DNA from: Gammaproteobacteria bacterium
GTDB lineage: Bacteria; Pseudomonadota; Gammaproteobacteria; Eutrophobiales; Eutrophobiaceae
Assembly: GCA_963422205.2 (NCBI GenBank)
Contig: CAXMWX010000005.1
Coordinates: 256,001-320,000 of the forward strand
DNA length: 64,000 bases
Reading direction: 5' to 3'
Position 1 is the stretch's first letter; each line of letters opens with the position of its first letter. This document shows positions 42,129 to 51,262 of this stretch, piece by piece. The notes under the pieces are model-generated. The model was given only the letters and a program-made list of their open reading frames with translations, had not been told where the DNA came from and did no database searches. The translations under genes were made by a program, and so were the position numbers.

Positions 42129-44390
42129 GTGCTTGATAAAGACCTGGAACACACGCTGAACAATGCGTTCAGACAAGCGCGCGAACAACGCTATGAGTTC
42201 ATGACGGTTGAACACTTGTTGCTGGCGCTGCTGGATAATCCCTCGGCCATTAATGTCTTGCGTGCCTGTGGTGCAAACTTAAACGAGCTGCATCATGAAC
42301 TGACGCAGTTCATACGGGAGAACTCACCCGTGCTGATGGACGATGATGAACGTGAGACACAACCCACGCTGGGGTTTCAGCGCGTGCTGCAACGGGCGGT
42401 GTTCCATGTGCAGTCTTCCGGCAAAAAAGAAGTCAGCGGGGCGAATGTGCTGGTGGCGATCTTTGGCGAGCGCGAATCCCACGCCGCTTATTTTCTCAAC
42501 CAGCAGAATATTGCCCGGCTGGATGTGGTCAACTATATCTCACACGGTATCACCAAGGTCGGTGAAGATGAAAGCCACAGCCATGATTCCGTGGACGAGG
42601 AGGACAGCCGTCAGGATGAAGCCGCCAGCAGCCCGCTTGAGGCGTATACTGTCAATTTAAATGAACAGGCCCTGGCCGGCAAGATCGACCCTCTGATCGG
42701 TCGTGAAAACGAAGTTCAGCGTACCATCCAGATTTTATGTCGGCGGCGCAAAAACAACCCGCTGTTTGTCGGCGAGGCAGGGGTCGGCAAAACAGCGATT
42801 GCCGAAGGCATTGCCAAGCAGATCACAGACCGGGAGGTGCCGGACATCCTGCTGGAGTCCACCATCTACTCCCTGGATATGGGTACGCTGCTGGCCGGCA
42901 CAAAATACCGCGGTGATTTTGAGAAGCGCTTGAAAGGTGTTATCGCCCAGCTAAAACAGGAGGCCGGGGCTATTCTGTTCATCGACGAGATACACACCAT
43001 CATCGGGGCGGGCGCCGCCTCCGGCGGTGTGATGGATGCCTCCAATATCATCAAGCCGGTGCTGGCATCCGGCGACATCAAATGTATCGGCTCCACCACC
43101 TACCAGGAGTTCCGCGGCATCTTTGAAAAAGATCGCGCCCTGGCACGGCGGTTTCAAAAGATCGATATCAGCGAGCCGTCTATCGATGAGACGGTCAAGA
43201 TTCTGCAAGGATTGAAATCGCGCTTTGAAGATCACCACCGTGTCAGATATACCAGCCAGGCGCTGCGCTGTGCGGTGGAATTGACCGATCGCTATATCAG
43301 TGATCGACACCTGCCAGACAAGGCGATCGATATCATTGATGAGGCCGGCGCATCACAGCAACTGCTGTCACCGGCCAAACGTAAAAAAACCATCGGTACC
43401 CATGACATAGAAAATATTCTCGCCAGGATTGCCCGCATTCCACCCAAGACGGTATCGACCACCGATAAAGATGTGATGAGAAATCTGGAGCGGGATCTGA
43501 AAATGGTCGTATTCGGGCAGGACCAGGCGGTGGGTACCCTCGCCACCGCCATCAAGCTGAGTCGTTCCGGTTTGAACAATCCGGACCAGCCCATCGGTGC
43601 GTTTCTGTTTGCCGGCCCTACCGGTGTGGGCAAGACCGAAGTCAGCAAGCAACTGGCGAACATCATGGGTATTGAGTTGCTGCGGTTTGACATGTCCGAA
43701 TACATGGAGCGGCATACCGTGTCGCGTTTGATCGGCGCACCACCGGGCTATGTCGGTTTTGATCAAGGCGGCCTGTTGACCGATGCGATTAACAAAAATC
43801 CGCATTGTGTGTTGTTGCTGGATGAGATGGAAAAAGCCCATCCAGATGTCTTTAATCTGCTGTTGCAGGTGATGGATCATGGCAAATTAACCGACACCAA
43901 CGGCAGGCAGAGTGATTTTCGCAATGTCGTTATTATCATGACGACCAATGCCGGTGCGGATCGGATCAGCCGTGCTTCAGTCGGTTTTACCACCCAGGAT
44001 CACACCGCCGATGCCCTGGAAGTGATCAAGCGTGTGTTCAGCCCGGAGTTCAGAAATCGCCTGGATGCGATCATCGAATTTAACCCGCTGGACAAGAAAA
44101 CGATCGGCAATGTGGTGGATAAATTTCTGGTGGAATTGCAGGCACAACTGGATGATAAAAAAGTGGTGATGGATGTGGATGAGACGGCACGGGAATGGCT
44201 GGGTGAGCATGGCTACGACAAGATCATGGGCGCCCGACCCATGGCGCGGCTGATTCAGGACAAGATCAAAAAAGAACTGGCCGAAGCGCTGTTGTTCGGC
44301 GCATTATTACACGGCGGCCATGTGCTGATCAGCGTCAAAGACAATGCGCTGTCCATACACATAGAGGAGAAAGAAACCGCGGAAGTCTAA
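42129..44390 (+). CDS. clpA: ATP-dependent Clp protease ATP-binding subunit ClpA
   Basis: Two AAA+ modules (GEAGVGKT, GPTGVGKT); follows clpS. Confidence 0.98.
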   Translation: MLDKDLEHTLNNAFRQAREQRYEFMTVEHLLLALLDNPSAINVLRACGANLNELHHELTQFIRENSPVLMDDDERETQPTLGFQRVLQRAVFHVQSSGKKEVSGANVLVAIFGERESHAAYFLNQQNIARLDVVNYISHGITKVGEDESHSHDSVDEEDSRQDEAASSPLEAYTVNLNEQALAGKIDPLIGRENEVQRTIQILCRRRKNNPLFVGEAGVGKTAIAEGIAKQITDREVPDILLESTIYSLDMGTLLAGTKYRGDFEKRLKGVIAQLKQEAGAILFIDEIHTIIGAGAASGGVMDASNIIKPVLASGDIKCIGSTTYQEFRGIFEKDRALARRFQKIDISEPSIDETVKILQGLKSRFEDHHRVRYTSQALRCAVELTDRYISDRHLPDKAIDIIDEAGASQQLLSPAKRKKTIGTHDIENILARIARIPPKTVSTTDKDVMRNLERDLKMVVFGQDQAVGTLATAIKLSRSGLNNPDQPIGAFLFAGPTGVGKTEVSKQLANIMGIELLRFDMSEYMERHTVSRLIGAPPGYVGFDQGGLLTDAINKNPHCVLLLDEMEKAHPDVFNLLLQVMDHGKLTDTNGRQSDFRNVVIIMTTNAGADRISRASVGFTTQDHTADALEVIKRVFSPEFRNRLDAIIEFNPLDKKTIGNVVDKFLVELQAQLDDKKVVMDVDETAREWLGEHGYDKIMGARPMARLIQDKIKKELAEALLFGALLHGGHVLISVKDNALSIHIEEKETAEV

Positions 44391-45709
44391 AGCGGCCTGA
44401 CCAGCACCCGGGAATTGCGCTGATAGTTATACATCGCCTGCTGCTTCACTGGCAGATCATCAATGCTGTGCTCAACAAACCCGTGCGCCAGAAACCAGTG
44501 TTCGGCCTGGGTCGTCAAGACAAACAGCTGCTTCGCCTGTTGCACTCTGGCCTGTGCCGCTACCGTGGTCAACAACTGCTCGCCACGCCCGTCTTTTTGA
44601 TATTCCGGTGCCACCGCAAGGCAGGCCAACTCCGCATACTCCCCATACACATACAGCGCAACACAGCCGATGATAACCCCGTCACGGGACAGCACCGAGA
44701 AATTTTCTATCTCCAGTTCCAGCTTTTCCCTTGAGCGCTCAACCAGATGCCCCTGCTGTTCCAGCGGCCTGATCAAGGCCAGAATACCCGCAATATCTTC
44801 ACCACTGGCCGGGTGCAGCTCATCATAGCTGGTGGCTGTCAACATCACCCCGGTGCCATCTTTGGAAAACAATTCCCGGACAATCGCCCCATCTTCCGCC
44901 TGATCCAGCAGATGGGTGCGATCGATGCCCGCATCACAGGCAGCGATGCTCAAGCACAGATAACGGCCAGCCGTACTCTCTTCGGGCAATGCCGTCAGCA
45001 GGCGGGCGGCGGCGGGGCGCGTTAAGTTATCGTGGCGTTCCTGTTTAAGCAGTGGGGCCAGCACATCAGCAGCAACCAGATAGATCACTTTATCTGCACG
45101 CATGGCAACGGCGACATCGGCGGCCAACTCGGCGGCGGCCAGATTATACGCCTCACCGGTAATGGAATACCCCACCGGCGGGATCACAACGATCTCATGA
45201 TGATGCAGGTGTGAACGGATAGCCTCGGTATCAATCTTACGCACCTCGCCCGTGAACTCATAATCCACCCCATCAATAATGCCGACCGGTTTGGCCGTTA
45301 TGTAGTTACCGGTCGCCACCTGTAGCCCGGCATGTAACATCGGCGTGTTGCCCGGCCCGCTGGACAGCTTCGCCTGTATATCAATCAACAGCCTGCCCGC
45401 CACCTCTTTAACATAGCCCATGCCAACGGCACTGGTCAGCCGCTTGCCGCGGTGAAAAACAGGGCGTTGCTGTGCCGATTGCAGACGCACATCAATGGCC
45501 TGGCGCATACCATAGATGAGAATGAGTTTAATGCCGAGGCTGGTCAACAAGGCCAGATCATGCAACAGATTAACCAGGCCATCACTGCCAGCCAGCTCAT
45601 CATTTATCTGCACGACAAACGTCCTGCCGCGGTGTACATGGATATAAGGTGCTGCCGCCCTGAACCAGCCGACAAACTCATCGTTAGCTGCCATCATCGT
45701 CACATGCAA
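44387..45709 (-). CDS. argA: Amino-acid N-acetyltransferase
   Basis: WFRAAAPYIHVHRGRTFV, kinase-like plus GNAT domains, YNYQRNS. Confidence 0.96.
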   Translation of the reverse strand: MHVTMMAANDEFVGWFRAAAPYIHVHRGRTFVVQINDELAGSDGLVNLLHDLALLTSLGIKLILIYGMRQAIDVRLQSAQQRPVFHRGKRLTSAVGMGYVKEVAGRLLIDIQAKLSSGPGNTPMLHAGLQVATGNYITAKPVGIIDGVDYEFTGEVRKIDTEAIRSHLHHHEIVVIPPVGYSITGEAYNLAAAELAADVAVAMRADKVIYLVAADVLAPLLKQERHDNLTRPAAARLLTALPEESTAGRYLCLSIAACDAGIDRTHLLDQAEDGAIVRELFSKDGTGVMLTATSYDELHPASGEDIAGILALIRPLEQQGHLVERSREKLELEIENFSVLSRDGVIIGCVALYVYGEYAELACLAVAPEYQKDGRGEQLLTTVAAQARVQQAKQLFVLTTQAEHWFLAHGFVEHSIDDLPVKQQAMYNYQRNSRVLVRPL

Positions 45710-46845
45710 ATATGCGTTATCATCTGTTGCACCAGTTTCTGCATCGGTTCAATACGCCCCATCGCAATGTATTCATTCGCCTGATGCGCCTGTGCAATAT
45801 CACCGGGGCCGAGGATCACCGTGTCCATCCCCAGGCTATTCAAGTACGGCCCTTCGGTGGCAAAACTGACTGCCTTGGAGGCATGGCCACTGAGTTTCTC
45901 GGCCAGTTCTACCAGCTCGCTGGTGCTGTCGGTTTCAAATGGCGGCACACCACCAAAACCATCATCAAACTCCACGATCAGATCACGCCCGTCAATCGCC
46001 GCCATGACCGCCTGGCGTAATTGCGCCCGCACCGCCGCCAGCCCCATGCCCGGCAGCAGACGCACATCCACCGCTAACCGACAATCAGCACAAATACGAT
46101 TCGGGTTATCCCCGCCGTGGATGCTGCCAAAATTCACGGTCGGGGTGGCCACGTTAAAACGTTCATCAACATGCTCGGCCTGCAACGCTGTACGCCACTG
46201 TATCAAAGCAGCAAGCACAGCGTGCATCCCCTCCAGCGCACTTCTGCCTAGCGCAGGATCAGAGGCATGGCCGGCCTGGCCGGTCAGTGTGATCGTCTCA
46301 AACATCACGCCCTTGTGCAGCCTGATCGGTGTCAGTCCGGTTGGCTCGCCAATGAGCGCATACCGCCCCAGGCCGTAATCCGCCGCCACCAGTGCACGGG
46401 CGCCGCTCATGGTGCTTTCCTCATCACAAGTCGCCAGCACATACACGGGCTTTTTCAGCTTAACCCGGTCAAGCCCACGCAGGGCGGCCAGCACGACCGG
46501 GAAAAAACACTTCATATCAGAAGCACCCAAACCATACAGACGATCATCGCGCTCCGTCAGCGTAAAAGGATCCTGCTGCCAGGCGGATTCTGAAAACGGC
46601 ACAGTGTCGATGTGCCCGGACAACACCAGCCCGCCCGCACCGCAGCCCAGCATCGCTATCATGTTGGCCTTGTCCCTGGCGACATCCTGAATCGTCACCC
46701 GGCAACCCGCATCGGCAAACCAACTCGCCAGCAGCTCGATCGCCGGCCGGTTACTCTGATCGATGGCCGGATCGGTGCTGCTGATCGTCGGCACAGCGAT
46801 CAGTTGGGCAAAGGCATCCCGCCACGAAGGCACGGCTATCGTCAT
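45700..46845 (-). CDS. argE: Acetylornithine deacetylase
   Basis: GHIDTVP, DMK, DEE, GEPT, AHQANE; adjacent to argA. Confidence 0.94.
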   Translation of the reverse strand: MTIAVPSWRDAFAQLIAVPTISSTDPAIDQSNRPAIELLASWFADAGCRVTIQDVARDKANMIAMLGCGAGGLVLSGHIDTVPFSESAWQQDPFTLTERDDRLYGLGASDMKCFFPVVLAALRGLDRVKLKKPVYVLATCDEESTMSGARALVAADYGLGRYALIGEPTGLTPIRLHKGVMFETITLTGQAGHASDPALGRSALEGMHAVLAALIQWRTALQAEHVDERFNVATPTVNFGSIHGGDNPNRICADCRLAVDVRLLPGMGLAAVRAQLRQAVMAAIDGRDLIVEFDDGFGGVPPFETDSTSELVELAEKLSGHASKAVSFATEGPYLNSLGMDTVILGPGDIAQAHQANEYIAMGRIEPMQKLVQQMITHICM

Positions 46846-46954
46846 AACAATACCCCCATCATCAATAAAATATCATCAATCTTCGGCCTGCTGTTATAAT
46901 TGGTTGCATTGTATGCTTTTTTTGTAACACGCTCACCCATATCCTGGAACGCCA

Positions 46955-48634
46955 ATGAATGACAAGCTGAACAAATACAGCGCCCGCATCACCCAGCCAG
47001 GCGCCCAGGGCGCATCCCAGGCCATGCTGTATGCCGCGGGTCTTAACGAGGCCGACATGGACAAGCCGCAAGTCGGCATTGCCAGCATCTGGTATGAAGG
47101 CAACCCCTGCAATATGCACCTGCTGTCGCTGGCAGAGCAGGTCAAGGCCGGCGTGAATGCCGCCGACATGATCGGCTTGCGCTTTAATGCGGTCGGCGTC
47201 AGCGATGGCATTTCCATGGGCACGGACGGGATGAGCTTCTCCCTGCAATCGCGCGATCTGATCGCCGATTCCATTGAAACCGTGATGGCCGGCCAGTGGT
47301 ATGATGCCAATGTTTCCATCCCCGGCTGCGATAAAAACATGCCTGGCTGCCTGATCGCCATGGCACGCCTGAACCGGCCGGCGATCATGGTCTATGGCGG
47401 CACGATCAGGCCGGGGTTTTATCAGCAGCAAAAAATCGACATCATCTCGGCCTTTCAGAGCTACGGCGAGTTCATCGCCGGCAACATTGACGAGGCTACC
47501 CGCAAAGGCATCGTCCGCGCTGCCTGCCCCGGGCCGGGTGCCTGTGGCGGCATGTATACCGCCAACACGATGGCAGCCGCTATCGAAGCGATGGGCATGT
47601 CTCTGCCCTATAGCTCATCAACGCCGGCGATTGACGAGCGCAAAAGCGATGAATGCCTGGCCGTGGGCAAGGCCCTGTACGGATTGCTGGCGCTGGATTT
47701 GAAACCGCGGGACATCATGACCCGGGCCGCCTTTGAGAATGCGATGGTGTTGATCACGGTGTTGGGCGGCTCCACCAATGCCGTATTGCATTTAATCGCC
47801 ATGGCACGGGCGGCCGAGGTGGCCTTGAGCATTGATGATTTCCAGGCCGTCAGTGATCGCACACCCTTCTTGGCCGATTTGAAGCCCAGCGGCCAGTATG
47901 TCATGGAAGACCTGCATCATATCGGCGGGACACCGGCCGTGCTCAAATACCTGCTGGAACATGGCATGATCAACGGCGATTGCATGACGGTCACCGGCAA
48001 GACACTGGCTGAGAACCTGGCCAGCCTGCCGGGCCTTACCGCCGGGCAAGACCTGATTCATCCTCTGGAGAGGCCGATAAAAGACAGCGGCCATATCCGC
48101 ATCTTGAAAGGCAACCTTGCCCCCGGTGGTGCTGTCGCCAAGATCACTGGCAAGGAGGGCCTGACATTCAGCGGGCCGGCGAATGTGTTTGACTCTGAAG
48201 AGACGATGCTCACCGCCCTGGAGAAAGGCAAAATTAACAAAGGCGATGTCGTGGTCATTCGTTATGAAGGCCCCAAAGGCGGTCCGGGTATGCCAGAGAT
48301 GCTGACCCCGACCTCCGCCATCATGGGCGCTGGCTTGGGTAATGATGTCGCCATGATCACCGACGGCCGCTTCTCCGGTGGCTCGCATGGTTTTATCATC
48401 GGTCATGTCGTGCCCGAGGCACAGGAAGGCGGCCCGATCGGCCTGATTAAAAACGGCGATGTCATCACCATCCATGCCGAGCAGAATACGCTCAGCGTGG
48501 CGCTCAACGATGATGAGCTGGCACAGCGCAAGGCCGACTGGGTGATGCCGGCCTACAAGGCCCGCCGCGGCACCTTGTACAAATATATCAAGAATGTAAA
48601 ATCAGCCACTGAGGGCTGTGTGACCGATGAGTGA
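46955..48634 (+). CDS. ilvD: Dihydroxy-acid dehydratase
   Basis: [35 protein letters not shown]. Confidence 0.97.
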   Translation: MNDKLNKYSARITQPGAQGASQAMLYAAGLNEADMDKPQVGIASIWYEGNPCNMHLLSLAEQVKAGVNAADMIGLRFNAVGVSDGISMGTDGMSFSLQSRDLIADSIETVMAGQWYDANVSIPGCDKNMPGCLIAMARLNRPAIMVYGGTIRPGFYQQQKIDIISAFQSYGEFIAGNIDEATRKGIVRAACPGPGACGGMYTANTMAAAIEAMGMSLPYSSSTPAIDERKSDECLAVGKALYGLLALDLKPRDIMTRAAFENAMVLITVLGGSTNAVLHLIAMARAAEVALSIDDFQAVSDRTPFLADLKPSGQYVMEDLHHIGGTPAVLKYLLEHGMINGDCMTVTGKTLAENLASLPGLTAGQDLIHPLERPIKDSGHIRILKGNLAPGGAVAKITGKEGLTFSGPANVFDSEETMLTALEKGKINKGDVVVIRYEGPKGGPGMPEMLTPTSAIMGAGLGNDVAMITDGRFSGGSHGFIIGHVVPEAQEGGPIGLIKNGDVITIHAEQNTLSVALNDDELAQRKADWVMPAYKARRGTLYKYIKNVKSATEGCVTDE

Positions 48635-48699
48635 TGTGGCCGGGCATGGCGGCATCGGCCTGGCACCGCCCGCCATATCTGCCAGAAATTCCGAAGCCA

Positions 48700-49406
48700 A
48701 TTCCCCGCTGGTTACGATGAAGGAAGACAGTCCACTTCTCCCAAGGCGCATCCGACACCCGCGCCAGCTCTTCGGTATCGGCCATGGTGTGAAAGCGGCG
48801 CTGTGCATCCGGGTGATCGAACGGGTCTGTCTGTGGCGCTGCCGACATCAATGACGGCGGCCTGCCGCCCGTCGCAAGTTCAAGCAGCGCTTCAGCCGCT
48901 TCGGCAGGCAGATGCTCGGCCAGGTTGAGAATGGAATCCTCATCCGCCCCCTTAACATCGGCCAGCCATTCGCAAGGCACACCGTAGCCAGGCAGCTCAT
49001 CATCGAACCTGTCGGACAGCAGGGGCGGGGGTGCGGCTTTGACATGAACATAGCAAGGCACGCGCACTTCTTCAACCCGCTCCCGTATCTCCACAAGCTG
49101 CGCCGCACCGGTTTTCGGATGCGTTTCCAATTTGCACTTCTCAGCCCGTTGGTAGGCAACGTCATGGTGGCCCACATAACACAGCAGCAGGCTTGATTTG
49201 GAACGGTGGACAATAATGCGTATGTCTCGATTGACCCGCACCGACCAGAAAGCCTTGTCTTGCACACGATCCAACTTGTGGAAACTATGGCCCGGGTTTT
49301 CCGGGTTTATCTGAAGGTCAAAGGCCGTTGTTTTCACAGCCTTCTGCTCATCACCGGTCAGCCGGGCCAGGCTGCCAATGAATGAACCAGCGATACGGAA
49401 TTCCAT
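48700..49406 (-). pseudogene. N-terminal part (RelE/ParE-like domain) of a UvrD-like helicase, truncated
   Basis: VKTTAFDLQ...FWSVRVNRDIRIIVH...YVGHHD.AY, HPDAQRRF, PWEKWTVFLH; ends before Walker A. Confidence 0.75.
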
Positions 49407-49562
49407 GAAAGTCGCGGCTATGCCTCGCCCAGAATAAAATTGACTCTCTCCTGGCGGAGCATAGCGTAGAGGCTGAGATACCTGACACCCAGGCCCACGC
49501 AGACGTTGGGTATTTGTAGTAAGTCTACAATGTTCATATCTACTACTTGAGGAGTATTAGTG

Positions 49563-49781
49563 ATGCCTAGGTTAACTGTTAATTTATCTAAAGAAATTAA
49601 TGCCCGCCTTACTGAGATTGCTCAGAAAGAGGGTATTACCAAAGCTGAGGCTATGCGTAAAGCCTTTGCCCTATTATCTGTAGCGGAACAAGAAAAAGCC
49701 AAGGGGAATTCTCTTGGTATCGTTAGGGAAAGCGAAGAAAATCACGAATTGCAAACAATTGGTCGAGTAGTAGGCGTCTAA
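49563..49781 (+). CDS. Ribbon-helix-helix (CopG-like) protein
   Basis: MPRLTVNLSKEINARLTEIAQKEGITKAEAMRKA. Confidence 0.85.
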   Translation: MPRLTVNLSKEINARLTEIAQKEGITKAEAMRKAFALLSVAEQEKAKGNSLGIVRESEENHELQTIGRVVGV

Positions 49782-50041
49782 TGAGTTCTGGAAATGGGAA
49801 TATAGATCTCGACTCTGTTTTCCCGAAAGGAAACAGCGTTAGTATTGATGAGAGTGATCGCCTGAAATTTGCAAAACAGGTTCTTTGTTGGCTTGGTGTA
49901 ATATGTATTGGTGTATTTATCTTTTATGGTATATACCCTAGCAACCAAGCCCTGTCTTCAATATTTGAGCTAATTAAAATCGGAGCATTGCCTTTAGTAA
50001 CATTGGTTGTTTCTTTCTACTTTCCGAATTCGAATAATTAA
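49781..50041 (+). CDS. Small two-TM membrane protein
   Basis: TAATG overlap with the RHH gene; two hydrophobic helices. Confidence 0.75.
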   Translation: MSSGNGNIDLDSVFPKGNSVSIDESDRLKFAKQVLCWLGVICIGVFIFYGIYPSNQALSSIFELIKIGALPLVTLVVSFYFPNSNN

Positions 50042-50044
50042 AGC

Positions 50045-50128
50045 TCTTAACACATTAATCAACTACACGCCTGTCGGCGCTAGACAGCTTAGGCTTTGCT
50101 TCGGCTGCCGGTTATTGAGGCGTTGGCT
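50045..50128 (+). other. attC site
   Basis: TCTTAAC...TAATCAAC...GTTATTGA...GTTGGCT directly after a stop codon. Confidence 0.7.
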
Positions 50129-50147
50129 GTGCACAGGATCCAATTAC

Positions 50148-50771
50148 ATGGAATCAAATGAAATCGTTTATGTTCTAGCAAATCCCGCAATGTCATGATT
50201 GGTAAAAATTGGAAAAACCACACAAGCTGATGTCAGTCTTAGAATGAATCAGTTATATACAACAGGTGTCCCTGTGCCATTTGAATGTGTTTATGCTATC
50301 GAGGTAAGTGACTGCGTAAAGGTCGAGTCTGCTCTCCATGTGGCATTTGGCCCAAGCCGAATAAATCCCAATCGAGAGTTTTTTAAAATCGACTCTGAGC
50401 AAGCCATTGCTATTTTGAAGCTCCTTGAGCAAAAAGATGTGACTCCACAGGTAAGTTCTGAATTAAACAGCAACCTATCACAAGCAGAAAAGGACTCAGG
50501 AAAGAAACTAAAAAAACGTCCAAGAATGAATTTTTCAGAAATGGGTATCCCCTCTGACTCAGAACTTATTTTTAAAGATGGCAATACTTCAGTCATCGTT
50601 AAAGACGAAAGGAAAATCATATACAACGCAGAAATCATGTCTCTCACGGCTGCAACAAAAAGAATTATGGAACTTGATTATTCAGTACATCCATCGCCGT
50701 ATTGGACCTTCAAAGGCAAGTTACTAAAAGACATTTACGACGAGGTGTATGGCGATGAAGAAGACAGCTAA
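50148..50771 (+). pseudogene. GIY-YIG (T5orf172-like) protein with in-frame TGA
   Basis: IVYVLANPAMS*LVKIGKT...QLYTTGVPVPF...E..LH...RINPNREFF; TGA 50196-50198. Confidence 0.85.
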
Positions 50772-50837
50772 CAATGCGCTCGTTCGGACACAAACTACGC
50801 TGCGTTCCGTTTGTGCCGCACAGCTCGGTCGTTAAAC
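50766..50837 (+). other. attC site
   Basis: AGCTAAC (overlaps the stop)...GGACACAAAC/GTTTGTGCC stem...GTTAAAC. Confidence 0.8.
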
Positions 50838-50972
50838 AGACCGCGCTCGCCTGCGTGAGCCCGCTATATTTTCTGGGAGACTGAACGTAGCTTTAAATAT
50901 TCAAAGCAGGGGATAAAATCTCTATTTGTGTAAAGCAGCGGTATTTTTTCTCTATGCAGAATGTGGCAATAA

Positions 50973-51137
50973 CTATATCTGCGTTCTTTCTAATTCCTTA
51001 CGACTCCACATAACAACATAACCTTGCAGAGTAGTATCTGCCGGGTAGTTGATAATTTCGTATTTTTGCGGCGGACCGGCCTCCTCCTCTGCCACTTCCT
51101 CAGTAGGTTCGTGTTCCCATTCTGCTTCATTAGACAT
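50973..51137 (-). pseudogene. N-terminal remnant of a DUF262 (GmrS-like) protein
   Basis: Acidic leader then YEIINYPADTTLQGYV.MW..KEL; ends before the expected P.FQR motif. Confidence 0.5.
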
Positions 51138-51262
51138 TACTTACACCCCCACAACATCATCACTTCATCAACCACAGGTTATGCAAATCTCTCCAAGCCT
51201 GTCAAACAACAACGGCTTGGGCAGCGAAACGGCTCCGACATCAAATTCCACCCCTCACTCCC

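Larger units (their letters stand above)
49490..50837 (+). mobile_element. Integron cassette array without integrase in window (CALIN-like)
   Basis: Two full attC sites plus a leading GTTGGGT core at 49505-49511; AT-rich co-oriented genes. Confidence 0.7.

Noticed and set aside
28735-48634. Numerous overlapping antisense ORFs in the core block
   Set aside because: They are shadows of well-recognised GC-rich genes, with no motifs of their own
7167-50198. Stop-codon reassignment (in-frame TGA/TAG in cro, icmO, endA, GIY-YIG and others)
   Set aside because: The stops replace different expected residues (Trp, Gln, Arg, Gly, Glu) and all three stop types occur. Core genes have none internally and use TGA as a terminator, which fits point mutations.
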